A stretch of 64,000 nt of DNA from Dehalococcoidia bacterium (GCA_030018455.1 JASEFU010000002.1:269480-333479); one strand, 5' to 3'. Numbered from the stretch's first letter, positions 37,400-50,210 are shown. The notes: a model not told the origin generated them from the letters alone. Numbers and translations: made by a program.

Positions 37400-38032
37400 C
37401 TAGACGCCGCCGCCGTCCGACGACTCCGCTTTCTGCTCCACCGGCTCGTAGCTTCCCAGCAGGTCGCGCCGCTGGTAGCGCGCCTTCCCTTGCTCGAGGA
37501 GGTCGTTCCCGTACATGTCGTCGGCCACGATGACGGGGAAGTCCTCCACATCGAGGCGCCGCACGGCCTCCGTCCCCAGGTCGTCGTAGGCGACGACCTC
37601 CGCCTTCCTGATCCGCCTCGACAGCAGGGCGCCGAGCCCGCCGACGGCGATGAAGTAGACGCCGCCGTACTGCTTGAGGGCGTCGCGCACGGCCCGGTCG
37701 CGGCCCCCCTTGCCGATGGTGGCCTTGAGGCCGTGCTTCATGAGGATCGGCGTGTAGGGGTTGAGGCGCATGGCGGTTGTGGGCCCGGCGGCGCCGATGA
37801 CGCGGCCGGGACGCGCAGGCGTGGGGCCGACGTAGTAGATGACCTGCCCCCTGATGTCGAACGGGAGCGGCTCGCCATTTTCCAGCGCCTCGACCATCCG
37901 GCGGTGCGCGGCGTCGCGGGCCGCATAGATGACGCCGGTGAGGCGGACGTGGTCGCCGGCGCGCAGCCCCGCCACCGTTTCGTCGCTCAGTGGAAGCTGA
38001 ACGCGTTTACCTTTCGCTTCGTCGCCGCTCAT
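37400..38032 (-). CDS. Fe-S hydro-lyase beta subunit (class I fumarate hydratase / tartrate dehydratase beta)
   Basis: ...VIYYVGPTPARPGRVIGAAGPTTAMRLNPYTPILMKHGLKATIGKGGR... matches the FumA C-terminal / TtdB-type domain. Its ATG overlaps the stop of the alpha subunit. Confidence 0.85.
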   Translation of the reverse strand: MSGDEAKGKRVQLPLSDETVAGLRAGDHVRLTGVIYAARDAAHRRMVEALENGEPLPFDIRGQVIYYVGPTPARPGRVIGAAGPTTAMRLNPYTPILMKHGLKATIGKGGRDRAVRDALKQYGGVYFIAVGGLGALLSRRIRKAEVVAYDDLGTEAVRRLDVEDFPVIVADDMYGNDLLEQGKARYQRRDLLGSYEPVEQKAESSDGGGV

Positions 38033-38874
38033 AGCTCCGCCTCTTTCAGCCGCGCGCTGTGGCACTGCATGTTGACGGCAACCGGCAGCGCGGTGATGTG
38101 CGTGGGGAACGTCTCAACGTGTACGGCGAGGGCGGTGTTCGTGCCGCCGACCGCCTGCGGCCCCAGCCCGAGCGCGTTCACCTTCGTGAGCAGCTCGCGC
38201 TCCAGGTCGGCGGTCTCCGCGTCAGGGCTCGGCTCGCCGACCCGCCGCGTGATCGCCTTCTTGGCCAGCAGCATGCAGTGCTCCGCCGTCCCGCCGATGC
38301 CCACACCGAGGACGAGTGGCGGACAGGGGTTGCCGGCCGCTTCCTCGACGGCCCTGAGGACGAAGTTGACCACGCCCTCGCGGCCCTGGCCGGGGAGGAG
38401 AACCGTCATGCGGCTCATGTTCTCGCAGCCGCCGCCCTTGGGCATGACTTTTATCCTGAGCCTATCGCCGGGGACGGGATCGACGTGGATGACGGCGGGC
38501 GTGTTGTCGCCGGTGTTCTTGCGGGCGGAAAAGGGCCGCTCGACGATGGACTTGCGCAGGAAGCCTTCGGTGTAGGCTTTCGCGACGCCCCGGTTTATCG
38601 CTTCTCCCAGGCCGCCGCCGGTGACGTGGACGTCCTGCCCCAGCTCCACGAACACGACGGACGTGCCCGTGTCCTGGCAGAGCGGGACCATCTCTTCGGC
38701 GGCGATGGCGGCATTCGTCAGGATGTCATCGAGGATCTGGCGTCCGAGGGGCGACCCCTCGGACTCGCGGGCGCGTTGCAGGGCGGCGATGACGTCCTGG
38801 GGCAGGAAGTGCGCCGCCTCAATGAATAGCTGCGCCACCTTCTCACTGATCTCGCCGGCTGTTATCTCTCTCAT
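38029..38874 (-). CDS. Fe-S hydro-lyase alpha subunit (class I fumarate hydratase alpha)
   Basis: ...VPLCQDTGTSVVFVELGQDVHV... and ...GGGCENMSRM... Cys ligands are present. It is paired with the beta subunit. Confidence 0.85.
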   Translation of the reverse strand: MREITAGEISEKVAQLFIEAAHFLPQDVIAALQRARESEGSPLGRQILDDILTNAAIAAEEMVPLCQDTGTSVVFVELGQDVHVTGGGLGEAINRGVAKAYTEGFLRKSIVERPFSARKNTGDNTPAVIHVDPVPGDRLRIKVMPKGGGCENMSRMTVLLPGQGREGVVNFVLRAVEEAAGNPCPPLVLGVGIGGTAEHCMLLAKKAITRRVGEPSPDAETADLERELLTKVNALGLGPQAVGGTNTALAVHVETFPTHITALPVAVNMQCHSARLKEAEL

Positions 38875-38893
38875 ATCACAGCAATCGGGTCTA

Positions 38894-39841
<948 letters not shown>

Positions 39842-41785
39842 CTACGCGCGACCCGCGTGGGGCCGCGATGTCTTTACATAATTGAGCGCCCCGCCGGCCA
39901 GCAGAACGTCGACCTGGCGCGGCGACAGGGTGTGACGGGCCGTGAACTCGAACCCGCGCGTGAGGTTGCGGACGCGCACCTCGGGGCCGCGCTTGAGCGC
40001 CTCGCGGACGTCCGTCGCCTCCAGCTCATCGCCTTGCGCCACGCGGTCGTAGTCGGCCGGGTCGTTGAAGACGAGCGGAAGGATGCCGAAGTTGACGAGG
40101 TTCGCGGCGTGAATGCGGGCGAATGACTTCGCGAGCACCATCTTCAGCCCCAGTGACATCGGCGCGAGGGCGGCGTGCTCGCGGCTGGAGCCCTGCCCGT
40201 AGTTGCCGCCGCCGACGACCAGCCAGCGCCGCGTTTGCCTTGCGCGCGCGGGCAGCGTGGGGTCGATGCGCTCGAAGGCGTGCTCCGCCATCGCCGGTAT
40301 GTTCGAGCGCAGCGGCAGCAGCTTCGCTCCCGCGGGCGCGATGTCGTCGGTGGAGACGTTGTCGCCGGTCTTGAGGAGCACGGGCGCTCGAATCGTATCG
40401 GGAAGGGGCTCGGCGAGAGGCAGCGGCTTGATGTTGGGGCCGCGCACGATTTCGACGTCGCGCCGCTTGTCCGACGGCGGGATGATCATGCGGTCGTCCA
40501 CAGGGAACTCCGCTGGCAGCTCGACCTCCGGCGCGTTGCCGAGGTCGCGCGGGTCGGTGATGACGCCGCGAAGGGCTGTCGCCGCCGCGACCTGCGGGCT
40601 GCACAGGTAGACGGCGTCGCCCGTCGTGCCGCTGCGGCCGGGGAAGTTGCGGTTGAAGGTGCGCAGCGAGGCCGTCCCCGTCGCCGGCGCCTGACCCATG
40701 CCGATGCAGGGCCCGCAGGCGCACTCAAGGATGCGGAAACCGGCCGCGATCAGGTCGGCGAGGGCGCCGTTTTCCGCAATCGACATCAGCGCCTGGCGCG
40801 AGCCGGGGTTGAGCGCGGCGCTCAGCGAGGGGGCAATCGTCTTGCCCCTCACGGCCGCGGCCACCGTCATCAGGTCGATGTACGACGAGTTGGTGCAACT
40901 GCCGAGGATGACCTGGGCGACCTCGCGGCCTGCCGCCTCGCGCACGGGGACCACGTTGTCGGGGCTCGACGGCAGGGCGATGAGCGGCTCGAGCGCCGAG
41001 AGGTCGATCTCGACCGCGTCGTCGTACTCCGCGTCGGCGTCGGCGCTCAGGGGTATCCACGCCTCTTCGCGCTTTTGCGCCCGCAGGTACTCGCGCGTCC
41101 GTTCGTCGCTGGCGAAAAGCGACGAGGTGGCGCCCAGCTCAGCGCCCATGTTGCATATTGTCGCGCGTTCGGGCACCGAGAGGGTCGCCGCGCCCTCGCC
41201 GCCGTACTCGAAGATGCGTCCGACGCCGCCCTTCACGGTGAGGCGCCGCAGCATCTCGAGGATAACGTCCTTCGCCGAGACCCAGGGCGGCAGGCGGCCC
41301 TTCAGCTCCACGCGCACGATCTGGGGCATCGTCAGGTAGAACGGCTCGCCCGCCATCGCCATCGCCACGTCGAGGCCGCCCGCGCCAATCGCCAGCATGC
41401 CCGCCCCGCCGCAGGTGGGGGTGTGGCTGTCGGAGCCGAGCAGCGTGCGGCCGGGGGCGCTGAAGCGTTCGAGGTGGACCTGGTGGCAGATGCCGTTGCC
41501 GGGGCGCGAGAAGTAGATGCCGTACCGGGCGGCGACGCTTTGCAGATAGCGGTGGTCGTCGGCGTTCTCGAAGCCGGTCTGTAGCATGTTGTGGTCGACA
41601 TAACTCACGGAGAGGGCGGTCTGGACGCGGGGGACGCCCATGGCCTCGAACTGGAGGTAGGCCATGGTGCCGGTGGCGTCCTGGGTGAGCGTCTGGTCGA
41701 TACGGAGCGCGATCTCACGTCCGGCGACGGGTTCGCCGGCGACGAGGTGGTCTTCGATGATCTTACGGGCCAGGCTTTTCCCCAC
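39842..41785 (-). CDS. Aconitate hydratase (aconitase-family protein with fused catalytic and swivel domains, about 647 aa)
   Basis: ICHQVHLERF...GSDSHTPTCGGAGMLAIGAGG, CTNSSY and CGPCIGMG are the three Fe-S Cys ligands. The C-terminal part is a LeuD-like swivel domain. The TCA-cycle context supports aconitase over homoaconitase. Confidence 0.75.
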   Translation of the reverse strand: MGKSLARKIIEDHLVAGEPVAGREIALRIDQTLTQDATGTMAYLQFEAMGVPRVQTALSVSYVDHNMLQTGFENADDHRYLQSVAARYGIYFSRPGNGICHQVHLERFSAPGRTLLGSDSHTPTCGGAGMLAIGAGGLDVAMAMAGEPFYLTMPQIVRVELKGRLPPWVSAKDVILEMLRRLTVKGGVGRIFEYGGEGAATLSVPERATICNMGAELGATSSLFASDERTREYLRAQKREEAWIPLSADADAEYDDAVEIDLSALEPLIALPSSPDNVVPVREAAGREVAQVILGSCTNSSYIDLMTVAAAVRGKTIAPSLSAALNPGSRQALMSIAENGALADLIAAGFRILECACGPCIGMGQAPATGTASLRTFNRNFPGRSGTTGDAVYLCSPQVAAATALRGVITDPRDLGNAPEVELPAEFPVDDRMIIPPSDKRRDVEIVRGPNIKPLPLAEPLPDTIRAPVLLKTGDNVSTDDIAPAGAKLLPLRSNIPAMAEHAFERIDPTLPARARQTRRWLVVGGGNYGQGSSREHAALAPMSLGLKMVLAKSFARIHAANLVNFGILPLVFNDPADYDRVAQGDELEATDVREALKRGPEVRVRNLTRGFEFTARHTLSPRQVDVLLAGGALNYVKTSRPHAGRA

Positions 41786-41963
41786 GGGGGCTCCTTCTGC
41801 GGAGGGCTTTCGAATCGATTATATAGCGGGGGAGCGCTTAGCCCAAACCGGCAAGAAACAGGGCGGGCATCGAGTAACGGTGATCGTCTCGCCTTTCTCA
41901 ACCCCGTCGAGAAGGCGAGAAAGATGTGTCTTTGCTTAGCGCACTCCGACTTGTCTCATATCG

Positions 41964-43514
<1,551 letters not shown>

Positions 43515-43584
43515 CAGTTGTCTCCTGTCACTGGTCTCATTTTTCGAGGCGCCGGCGCCCCCGGCCCTGCCTGTCGACGCTTCT

Positions 43585-44289
43585 CTACGGCTCCGGCGTC
43601 GGCGTCTCCGGTGGAGGTTCCGTTTCCTCGGGTGGAGGCGGCTCGGTTTCCTCAGGGGGAGGAGCAGGGGGAGCGGAGGATACGGGGATTATCAGCACGT
43701 CGCCGACATCGAGGCTGCGAAGGTCGTCGACGGTGGTGTTGTTGGCGGCCGCGAGCTCTTCGACGGTGATGCCGAAGCGGAGCGCGATATCGTTCGCGTT
43801 GTCCCCCGACTGGACGACGTAGGTGGTCTGCCCCTCCCGCGGCGTCGGCTGCGAGGCGCGTGTGCCCTCCGGTGTCGGTGTCTTTGGTTGTGGCGCGGGT
43901 GTAGAGGTGACGGTCCGTGGCATCGCGGTCTTCCCGGGCGTCGGTGTTTTCCCCGTCGACCCGGGCAGCCGCAGGACCTGTCCCACTTCCAGCCCTGTCG
44001 GATCGACTGAGGGGTTCAGCTCCATCAGCTCCTCCAGGCTTATTCCCAGGCGTTGCGCGATCTCGTACATGTTGTCGCCGGCCTGGATCACGTAAGTGTT
44101 GCCGGAAGGGCCGGGAGCGGAGCGCACGTCCTCGAGGAAGAGCGCCTCGGGAAGGACGGCGGGAAGCGTGGCTGTCGGTATCTTCTTCGGATCAAGGGCG
44201 GCCGAGGACGAATCGGAGCCGCCGCAGGCAGAAAGGACCGCCGCGCCGGCGAGCATCGTCCCGCCCAGAAGAAGACAACTCTTCAGCAT
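43585..44289 (-). CDS. Lipoprotein with two LysM domains and a C-terminal Pro/Glu/Thr-rich repeat
   Basis: Lipobox LSACGG. Two LysM domains ([23 protein letters not shown]...; [23 protein letters not shown]...). The tail is [24 protein letters not shown]. Start is ambiguous (44289 ATG or 44301 GTG). Confidence 0.8.
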   Translation of the reverse strand: MLKSCLLLGGTMLAGAAVLSACGGSDSSSAALDPKKIPTATLPAVLPEALFLEDVRSAPGPSGNTYVIQAGDNMYEIAQRLGISLEELMELNPSVDPTGLEVGQVLRLPGSTGKTPTPGKTAMPRTVTSTPAPQPKTPTPEGTRASQPTPREGQTTYVVQSGDNANDIALRFGITVEELAAANNTTVDDLRSLDVGDVLIIPVSSAPPAPPPEETEPPPPEETEPPPETPTPEP

Positions 44290-44367
44290 GTTCGTTCCCA
44301 CTGGGGAGGATACTACTATAGGGCCTGCAACGCGACAAGTAGCGCGAGACCGGATGGGGAGAATGGC

Positions 44368-44778
44368 CTACTGCCGGTTCTGGTTGCGTCTCGCTCGCAG
44401 CCAGTCCTTTATCCTGTCGGCCAGGCTGGGGCCGGACAGGTCGATCGGCTGGCCCCGCCAGCGTTTCTCCGGGCCGGCGCGGCGCGAGGTGAAGAACGAG
44501 ATCGCTATCGTCGAGAAGAGGAGGATGAGGCCCGCGATAAGGGCATAGCGCCCCATCACGCTCCAGCGAAAGGCGAAGGCGAAAAGCACGAGGAGCAGGG
44601 AGACGATCATCAGGTGGCCGAGCGAGATCCGCGACAGCAGGTGGGCGACGTTGCGCTGGAACCGGTAGAAGGCGTTGCTGACGCGCTTGCGTAGCCGCTG
44701 CGCCGCTGACTCCTCAGGCAGGAACTTGTCCAGCCGGTTGAGGATGTCTTCGATTTCCCGTTCCAGATCGTCGGGCAT
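44368..44778 (-). CDS. Hypothetical membrane protein (N-terminal cytoplasmic helix plus 2 TM)
   Basis: 136 aa. No family recognised. Confidence 0.45.
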   Translation of the reverse strand: MPDDLEREIEDILNRLDKFLPEESAAQRLRKRVSNAFYRFQRNVAHLLSRISLGHLMIVSLLLVLFAFAFRWSVMGRYALIAGLILLFSTIAISFFTSRRAGPEKRWRGQPIDLSGPSLADRIKDWLRARRNQNRQ

Positions 44779-45190
44779 GTTCCCCTTCCCTTTTAGATTC
44801 TACATCCCGCTCGATAAGCAGGTCTATGCCGCCTGGACACATGAGGTCGTTGGGAGGGCCCGTTCTCTATGCTCTTTGGAGACTGCGGCCGGACTTTTAC
44901 AAGCTTTTTACACCTGTTTAGCACGCGATTGCGCGACACCGCTTATCCTGGGAGCGTAACGAACGCTTCAACCGGCAGCGAGAGAGGGGCGCGGAGCCGA
45001 AAAGCAGGGAGTCCATCGGTTGAGGAGGTTGCCGTTGCTTCTTCGACCGAATTCCGCCGGAGATGCGCCCTCCGACCGCTGGAACGAAGAAGAACGATGT
45101 TACGAGCGCTTTATCTAGGCGTCGCCTCTTGTTGAACAGCAAGAGTACGCAAGCCCCGCCGAAGCGGTCGCCCTCATGGACGGCCGCTTC

Positions 45191-46042
45191 TCATTGTCCG
45201 GACGGTTCCTCCCGCTCAGGTACGTTCAACGCCTCGTTGAGGCTGCCGCTGCGAAAGCCCGCCAGATCGAGCGTTACGTAGAGGTAGCCCAGAGACTTGA
45301 GCCGTTCGACGATCGCCTTTCGGGCCTCTCCCTTCGCCAGTGTTTCCAGCGCCTGCGGCTCGACCTCGATGCGGGCCAGCTCGCCGTGATGCCGCACGCG
45401 CACCTGCCGGCAGCCGAGGGAACGGATGAAGTCCTCCGCCGCTTCCACCTGTTGCAGCGCCGCTTCCGTGACCGGTGTGCCATAGGGTAGGCGAGAGGCA
45501 AGGCAGGCCATGGAGGGCTTGTCCCAGGTGGGAAGGTTGCTGCGGCGGGAGAGTTCGCGGATATCGGCCTTCCTGAGGCCCGCCTCGCGCAGAGGGCTGC
45601 GCACGCGCTGCTCCAGCGCCGCGCGGTTTCCGGGCCGGTAATCGCCGTCATCGTCCACGTTGCTGCCATCGACCACGCCTGCTATCCCCATCTCCCGCGC
45701 CATGGCCTGGAGACGGCTGAACAGCTCGCTCTTGCAGTGGTAGCAGCGGTCGGGCAGGTTGCTGGTGTAGGCGGGAAGCTCCATCTCGCGCGTCTCAACC
45801 GTGAGGTGCCGTATTCCGATCTGTCGGGCCAGGGCCGCCGCCGCTTCCGTTTCCGACCTGGGGACGGATGGCGAGAGCGCAGTCACGGCGACGGCATTCG
45901 GCCCCAGCGTCTGGTGCGCCACGGCGGCGAGATAGGTGCTATCTACGCCGCCGGAGAAGGCGACGAGCACCGATCCCATGTCACGGAGTATCTCTTCGAG
46001 GCGTCGTTGCTTCCAGGCCGGGTCTGTCATCGCATCCTCCAA
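45191..46042 (-). CDS. larE: PP-loop ATP pyrophosphatase, LarE-like sulfur transferase family (TIGR00268-type)
   Basis: VAFSGGVDSTYLAAVA is the SGGxDS PP-loop. A conserved Cys (CYHCK) is present. Confidence 0.75.
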   Translation of the reverse strand: MEDAMTDPAWKQRRLEEILRDMGSVLVAFSGGVDSTYLAAVAHQTLGPNAVAVTALSPSVPRSETEAAAALARQIGIRHLTVETREMELPAYTSNLPDRCYHCKSELFSRLQAMAREMGIAGVVDGSNVDDDGDYRPGNRAALEQRVRSPLREAGLRKADIRELSRRSNLPTWDKPSMACLASRLPYGTPVTEAALQQVEAAEDFIRSLGCRQVRVRHHGELARIEVEPQALETLAKGEARKAIVERLKSLGYLYVTLDLAGFRSGSLNEALNVPEREEPSGQ

Positions 46043-46205
46043 CCGAACACTGCATCGATCTTAACATTCGCCCGCCTACGTGACGAGAGCGAAGCCACCG
46101 GGGGCTGCTGTGGTGGGCAGGCGGCAATCTAAAGGATCGCCTGCCGCTACCGATACATATTCAGTGGAAGCGTTTGCCACATTTGCCCTCATAGGACTGT
46201 GAGGC

Positions 46206-47963
46206 ATGCAAAAAGCCATCAAAGGCGCGATCTTATATCCGTTTGCTACGCTTACTCTCATTGCCCTCATCCTCGCCGGGGTTGCGCTCGCTTTGCTCCT
46301 CGGCGTGGGAATCGAGAGCAAGATGAAGGAGAACGCCACAAAAGTCGCGGCCGCTGCCGCCACGTCCGCCCTTCAACCTCACGTGGCCGGATACAACTTA
46401 GAAACGCCGCTCTTGAACTCCGATTATGACCGTCTACAGGCCGCTGTCACGGAGGCTGTGCTTTCCGACAGCATATCGAAGGTCAGCATCTACAACGATG
46501 AGGGCGTCGTTGTTTACTCGAGCAGCCGGAGCGATTTGGGCCGCACGGCAGAAGATATGTCGGCGGTAGAGAGCGCGTTGCGCAAAGAGACGGTGGGCAC
46601 CACGTCGGGAGCGGCTGAGGGCGGTGAAAGCGGGTCCGCCGGCGGACCCATGCTCACCGTCTACACTCCGCTCATATCGTCGGAAGGGGAGCTCCTCGGC
46701 GCGCTGCAGGTCCAGCAGGACTACTCCGCCACGGCACAGAGCGTCAGGGAGGCGAAGAGAGAGCTGTATTTCGCCCTGGCGGGCGCCATGGCCACCCTTT
46801 ACGTCGTCATTCAATTGGGAGCGTTCGGGATGACGCGGGCGCTCTCCAAAGACCACGCCCGCCTGGCCTACCTCTACGAGACGGGCGAGCACGTCCGCTC
46901 GTCCCTCGATTTGCAGGACGTGTTGACGCAGATCGTGCGCGACGCCACTGTAATGGCGCAGGGGCAGTACGGTCTCGTCTGCCTGCTGGAGCCGGACTCG
47001 GGCGATCTGGTGGCGCGCAGCAGCTACGACCACGAGAAAGGTTCAGTGTCGCTGCACCACACGAAGATGGACGAGTGGTTATTCCACCGCGTCGTGGCGA
47101 CCGGCAAGACCAGCGTCGCAAACCAGAAAGTGGTGCGCTACGGCCCCGTCTTCGGCTCCGACATCCACGATATGTCCGTCGTCTGCGTCCCCATGACGTT
47201 GCGCAGCAAGGTCAACGGCGTCATCGCCGTCTTGCGGCGCTCCGCCAATGACGGTTTCGGGAAGGCGGAGACGAAGCTACTGGAGGAGCTGGCCGGCCAG
47301 GCAGCGATGGCAGTGGAGCAGGCGAACCTGTTCGCGAAGGTGCGCGCCTACGCCGACGAGCTCGAGCTCAGTTACGACACCACCCTCAAGGCCCTCACCG
47401 CCGCCCTCGACGCCAAGGATGCGGCAACGGAGGGACACTCAGAGCGCGTGGCAAACCTTACGGTCGCTATCGCGAAAGAGATGCAGGTCGGCGAAGAGAA
47501 GCTCGTCGATATCGAGCGGGGGGCGCTTCTCCACGACGTGGGCAAGATCGGCGTGCCGGACGCGGTTCTGCGCAAGCCGCGCACACTCACCAAGCGGGAA
47601 TGGCAGGCGATGCAGCGGCACCCGCTGCTGGCGGGGCTCCTCGTGTCCAAGGTCGGCTTCCTGGAGGGGGCGCTGCCCATCCTTCTCTACCACCACGAGC
47701 GCTACGATGGCCGGGGCTACCCCTTCGGGCTCGCCGGCGACCGCATACCTCTCGAAGCGCGAATCTTCGCCGTCGTTGACGCCTACGATGCCATGACCTC
47801 CGACCGCCCCTATCGAAAGGCGATATCGCATGAAGAGGCGGTGCAGGAGATAATCGCCAACGCAGGCACCCAGTTCGACCCGGCGGTCGTGGAGGTGTTC
47901 AGGAACGTCATCGAGCGGGTCCCGCTCGTCGACGAACCGGAGATCGAGCGCGCCGCCGCCTGA
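46206..47963 (+). CDS. Membrane-anchored sensor with GAF domain and HD-GYP phosphodiesterase domain (c-di-GMP-related)
   Basis: N-terminal TM plus a periplasmic-like segment, then a GAF-like region. HD (HDVGKIGVPD) and HHERYDGRGYP are the HD-GYP signature. Confidence 0.85.
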   Translation: MQKAIKGAILYPFATLTLIALILAGVALALLLGVGIESKMKENATKVAAAAATSALQPHVAGYNLETPLLNSDYDRLQAAVTEAVLSDSISKVSIYNDEGVVVYSSSRSDLGRTAEDMSAVESALRKETVGTTSGAAEGGESGSAGGPMLTVYTPLISSEGELLGALQVQQDYSATAQSVREAKRELYFALAGAMATLYVVIQLGAFGMTRALSKDHARLAYLYETGEHVRSSLDLQDVLTQIVRDATVMAQGQYGLVCLLEPDSGDLVARSSYDHEKGSVSLHHTKMDEWLFHRVVATGKTSVANQKVVRYGPVFGSDIHDMSVVCVPMTLRSKVNGVIAVLRRSANDGFGKAETKLLEELAGQAAMAVEQANLFAKVRAYADELELSYDTTLKALTAALDAKDAATEGHSERVANLTVAIAKEMQVGEEKLVDIERGALLHDVGKIGVPDAVLRKPRTLTKREWQAMQRHPLLAGLLVSKVGFLEGALPILLYHHERYDGRGYPFGLAGDRIPLEARIFAVVDAYDAMTSDRPYRKAISHEEAVQEIIANAGTQFDPAVVEVFRNVIERVPLVDEPEIERAAA

Positions 47964-48044
47964 GCGGCCCTGTTTTCTTGACTCCTCTTGTCCCCTCTGC
48001 TACCGTGAGTAGCGACCCCATTCCGCCCGTCAGGAGGCGTTGAC

Positions 48045-48431
48045 ATGCAGCAGCCGCCGTTCGAGGAAGTCCGTTCGGAAAGCGTCCACATATCGCAGAG
48101 CGCCGTCCGCTCCGTTTCGGCGCGGCAGGTGGACGCGCGGATGTCGGCGGTGCAGCGCATGGTCGCTGGCGACGCGACAGTGGGGCAGAGCGCCGTCGGC
48201 CTGGTGAGCGGCGAGAGCATCAACGTTAGGGACAGCCTGCTGGCGGCGGCGGTCGGGCGTCAGATTTCGGCGGAGAATTCGTCCGCGGTGTTCCTTCTTT
48301 CGCCGTCGGTCACCGGAAACGTTCGCGCCGTCTTCACCCTTCCCGCTGCTTTCGCGCTGGGCTTCGGCTACGTCACGGGGAGATGGCTGGTGAAGCTGCT
48401 GACCCGCGGCTTGAAGAGATTGATCGGTTAG
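48045..48431 (+). CDS. Hypothetical small protein with Ser/Ala/Val-rich internal repeats and a C-terminal hydrophobic helix
   Basis: 128 aa. A possible ~11-residue periodicity (SQSAVRSVSAR / QVDARMSAVQR / ...). No family recognised. Confidence 0.4.
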   Translation: MQQPPFEEVRSESVHISQSAVRSVSARQVDARMSAVQRMVAGDATVGQSAVGLVSGESINVRDSLLAAAVGRQISAENSSAVFLLSPSVTGNVRAVFTLPAAFALGFGYVTGRWLVKLLTRGLKRLIG

Positions 48432-48446
48432 GAGGGAAGTCAGACA

Positions 48447-49112
48447 GTGCAAGAATTCGAGCTGTCCGCTGCGCCGCGCAGCGTCCTCGGCAAGAAGGTG
48501 AAAGGGCTGCGACGCCAGGGAATCACCCCTGCCAACATCTACGGACGCGGCATCGAGTCGCAGGCGGTGCAGGTAGACACCAAGACCCTAACTCACACGC
48601 TGCGCCGCGCCGGCCGCAACACAATCCTTTCCCTGAGCGTCGAGGGGGAAAGAGTCCGCCGGCCGGTCATGGTCAGGGATATCCAGCGCAACCCCGTCAC
48701 CGACGAGCTGCTGCATCTCGATTTCTACCAGATATCTCTGACGGAGAAGATGCACGCGGAAGTGACGGTGGTGGTGACGGGCACGGCGCCCGCCGTCTCG
48801 GAACTGGGCGGCATCCTGCTGCAGCCGGTGGAGACCGTCACGGTCGAGGCGTTGCCGGCCGAAATACCGCCGCACCTGGAAGCGGACGCCTCACGTCTGG
48901 AGGCGCTGGACGCGGCGATTCACGTCCGCGACCTCGAGGCGCCCGCCGGCGTCACGATCCTCACAGACCCCGACGTCGTGCTCGCGCGCGTTGCGGCGCC
49001 GAGGCGGGTGGAGGAAGAGGTGGCGGTAGAGGCAGCAGTAGAGGAAGCGCCGGCCGAGGAACGCGTCGAAGAAGTGACGGAGGAGCGGGAGGAAGAAGAG
49101 CCGGCGGAGTAG
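48447..49112 (+). CDS. rplY: 50S ribosomal protein L25 / general stress protein Ctc, with an acidic C-terminal extension
   Basis: ...RRQGITPANIYGRG...RNPVTDELLHLDFY... GTG start with a GGAGGGA RBS. The Glu-rich tail is EEVTEEREEEEPAE. Confidence 0.88.
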   Translation: MQEFELSAAPRSVLGKKVKGLRRQGITPANIYGRGIESQAVQVDTKTLTHTLRRAGRNTILSLSVEGERVRRPVMVRDIQRNPVTDELLHLDFYQISLTEKMHAEVTVVVTGTAPAVSELGGILLQPVETVTVEALPAEIPPHLEADASRLEALDAAIHVRDLEAPAGVTILTDPDVVLARVAAPRRVEEEVAVEAAVEEAPAEERVEEVTEEREEEEPAE

Positions 49113-49153
49113 CCACCGTGGCCGGCTCCGAAAGGCCGGGGCGCCCTCAGCTG

Positions 49154-50104
49154 TCAGTGAAGCCGCCGCCCGAGGAAGCCGCGCTCCCCGCGCAGGAACT
49201 CGGCGGCGGGAAGCGCGCGCCGGCCCTCCTTCTGTACCTCAAGCACCGCCAGCATCCCTTTTCCCGTCTGCACGGCAAACGCGCCCTCGAGTGCTTTCCC
49301 CGCGCCCTTCGGCGGCGGCAACACCGTCCCCGCTGGCTGAGCGCTCTCCTCCTGGAGGGGAAATGCCCTCAAGATCCTGATGAGCGTCTCGTCGTAGCGG
49401 GCGAAGGCGGAGGGCCACGGGTTGTAGGCGCGGACCCGCCGCCAGATGTCGACTGCGGGCACCTGCCAGTCGATGTGCCCGTCCTCCTTCTGCACCATCG
49501 TCGTGTAGGTTGCCTTCGCCTCGTCCTGCGGTTGCGGCGTCAGGCGTCCCCCGAGGTAGGCCGGCAGCGTCTCCATCAGCAGGTCCGCCCCGAGCACCGA
49601 AAGCTTGTTCAGCAGCGTCCCCGTTGTGTCGTCGGGCTCGATGGCGAGCCGTGCCTGACTCAGGATGGGGCCCTCGTCCATGCCCGGCGTCAGGAGCATG
49701 ATCGTAACGCCTGTCTCGTCGTCGCCCGCAAGAATGGCGCCGGCCACAGGCGACGCCCCGCGGTGCCGCGGCAAGAGCGATGGGTGGATGTTGATGACGC
49801 CCTTCGGCGGGATGTCGAGGACGCGCTGGCGAAGGAGCTGCCCGTAGGCGGCGACGACGATGAGGTCGGGCTTCAGGGCCGCGAGCTCGGCGGCGTCGTC
49901 GGGGGCGCTCACGCGCTGCGGCTGACGGACGGGCAGGCCGTATTCAAGCGCCTTCGCCTTCACCGGCGACGGCGCGGGCTGACGGCCGCGTCCCGCCGGA
50001 CGGTCGGGTGGCGTATAGACGGCCACTACCTCGTACTCGCTCTCGACGAGACGCTGGAGCGCCGGCAGCGCAAACGCCGGCGTGCCCATGAACACGATCC
50101 GCAC
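49154..50104 (-). CDS. fmt: Methionyl-tRNA formyltransferase
   Basis: VRIVFMGTPAFALPALQRL...HPSLLPRHRGASP... (SLLP motif). Start is set at the GTG at 50104, preceded by GGAGGGAAcc. The 130-aa extension in the track is rejected. Confidence 0.88.
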   Translation of the reverse strand: MRIVFMGTPAFALPALQRLVESEYEVVAVYTPPDRPAGRGRQPAPSPVKAKALEYGLPVRQPQRVSAPDDAAELAALKPDLIVVAAYGQLLRQRVLDIPPKGVINIHPSLLPRHRGASPVAGAILAGDDETGVTIMLLTPGMDEGPILSQARLAIEPDDTTGTLLNKLSVLGADLLMETLPAYLGGRLTPQPQDEAKATYTTMVQKEDGHIDWQVPAVDIWRRVRAYNPWPSAFARYDETLIRILRAFPLQEESAQPAGTVLPPPKGAGKALEGAFAVQTGKGMLAVLEVQKEGRRALPAAEFLRGERGFLGRRLH

Positions 50105-50210
50105 GGTTCCCTCCTGTCTAGATTCTAACATAGCCGCTCTCGGAGACTTGAAGACCGGGGTTGACGGCTCGTTTATACTAGGAGACTGGCGGTAGGAAAG
50201 GAGGAGGTCG

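Noticed and set aside
44779-45190. SRP RNA, 6S RNA or RNase P RNA in the 410-bp gap
   Set aside because: No conserved SRP domain IV (GGAA tetraloop context), RNase P P4 motifs or 6S central-bubble architecture was recognisable by eye. It is kept only as an unexplained non-coding region.
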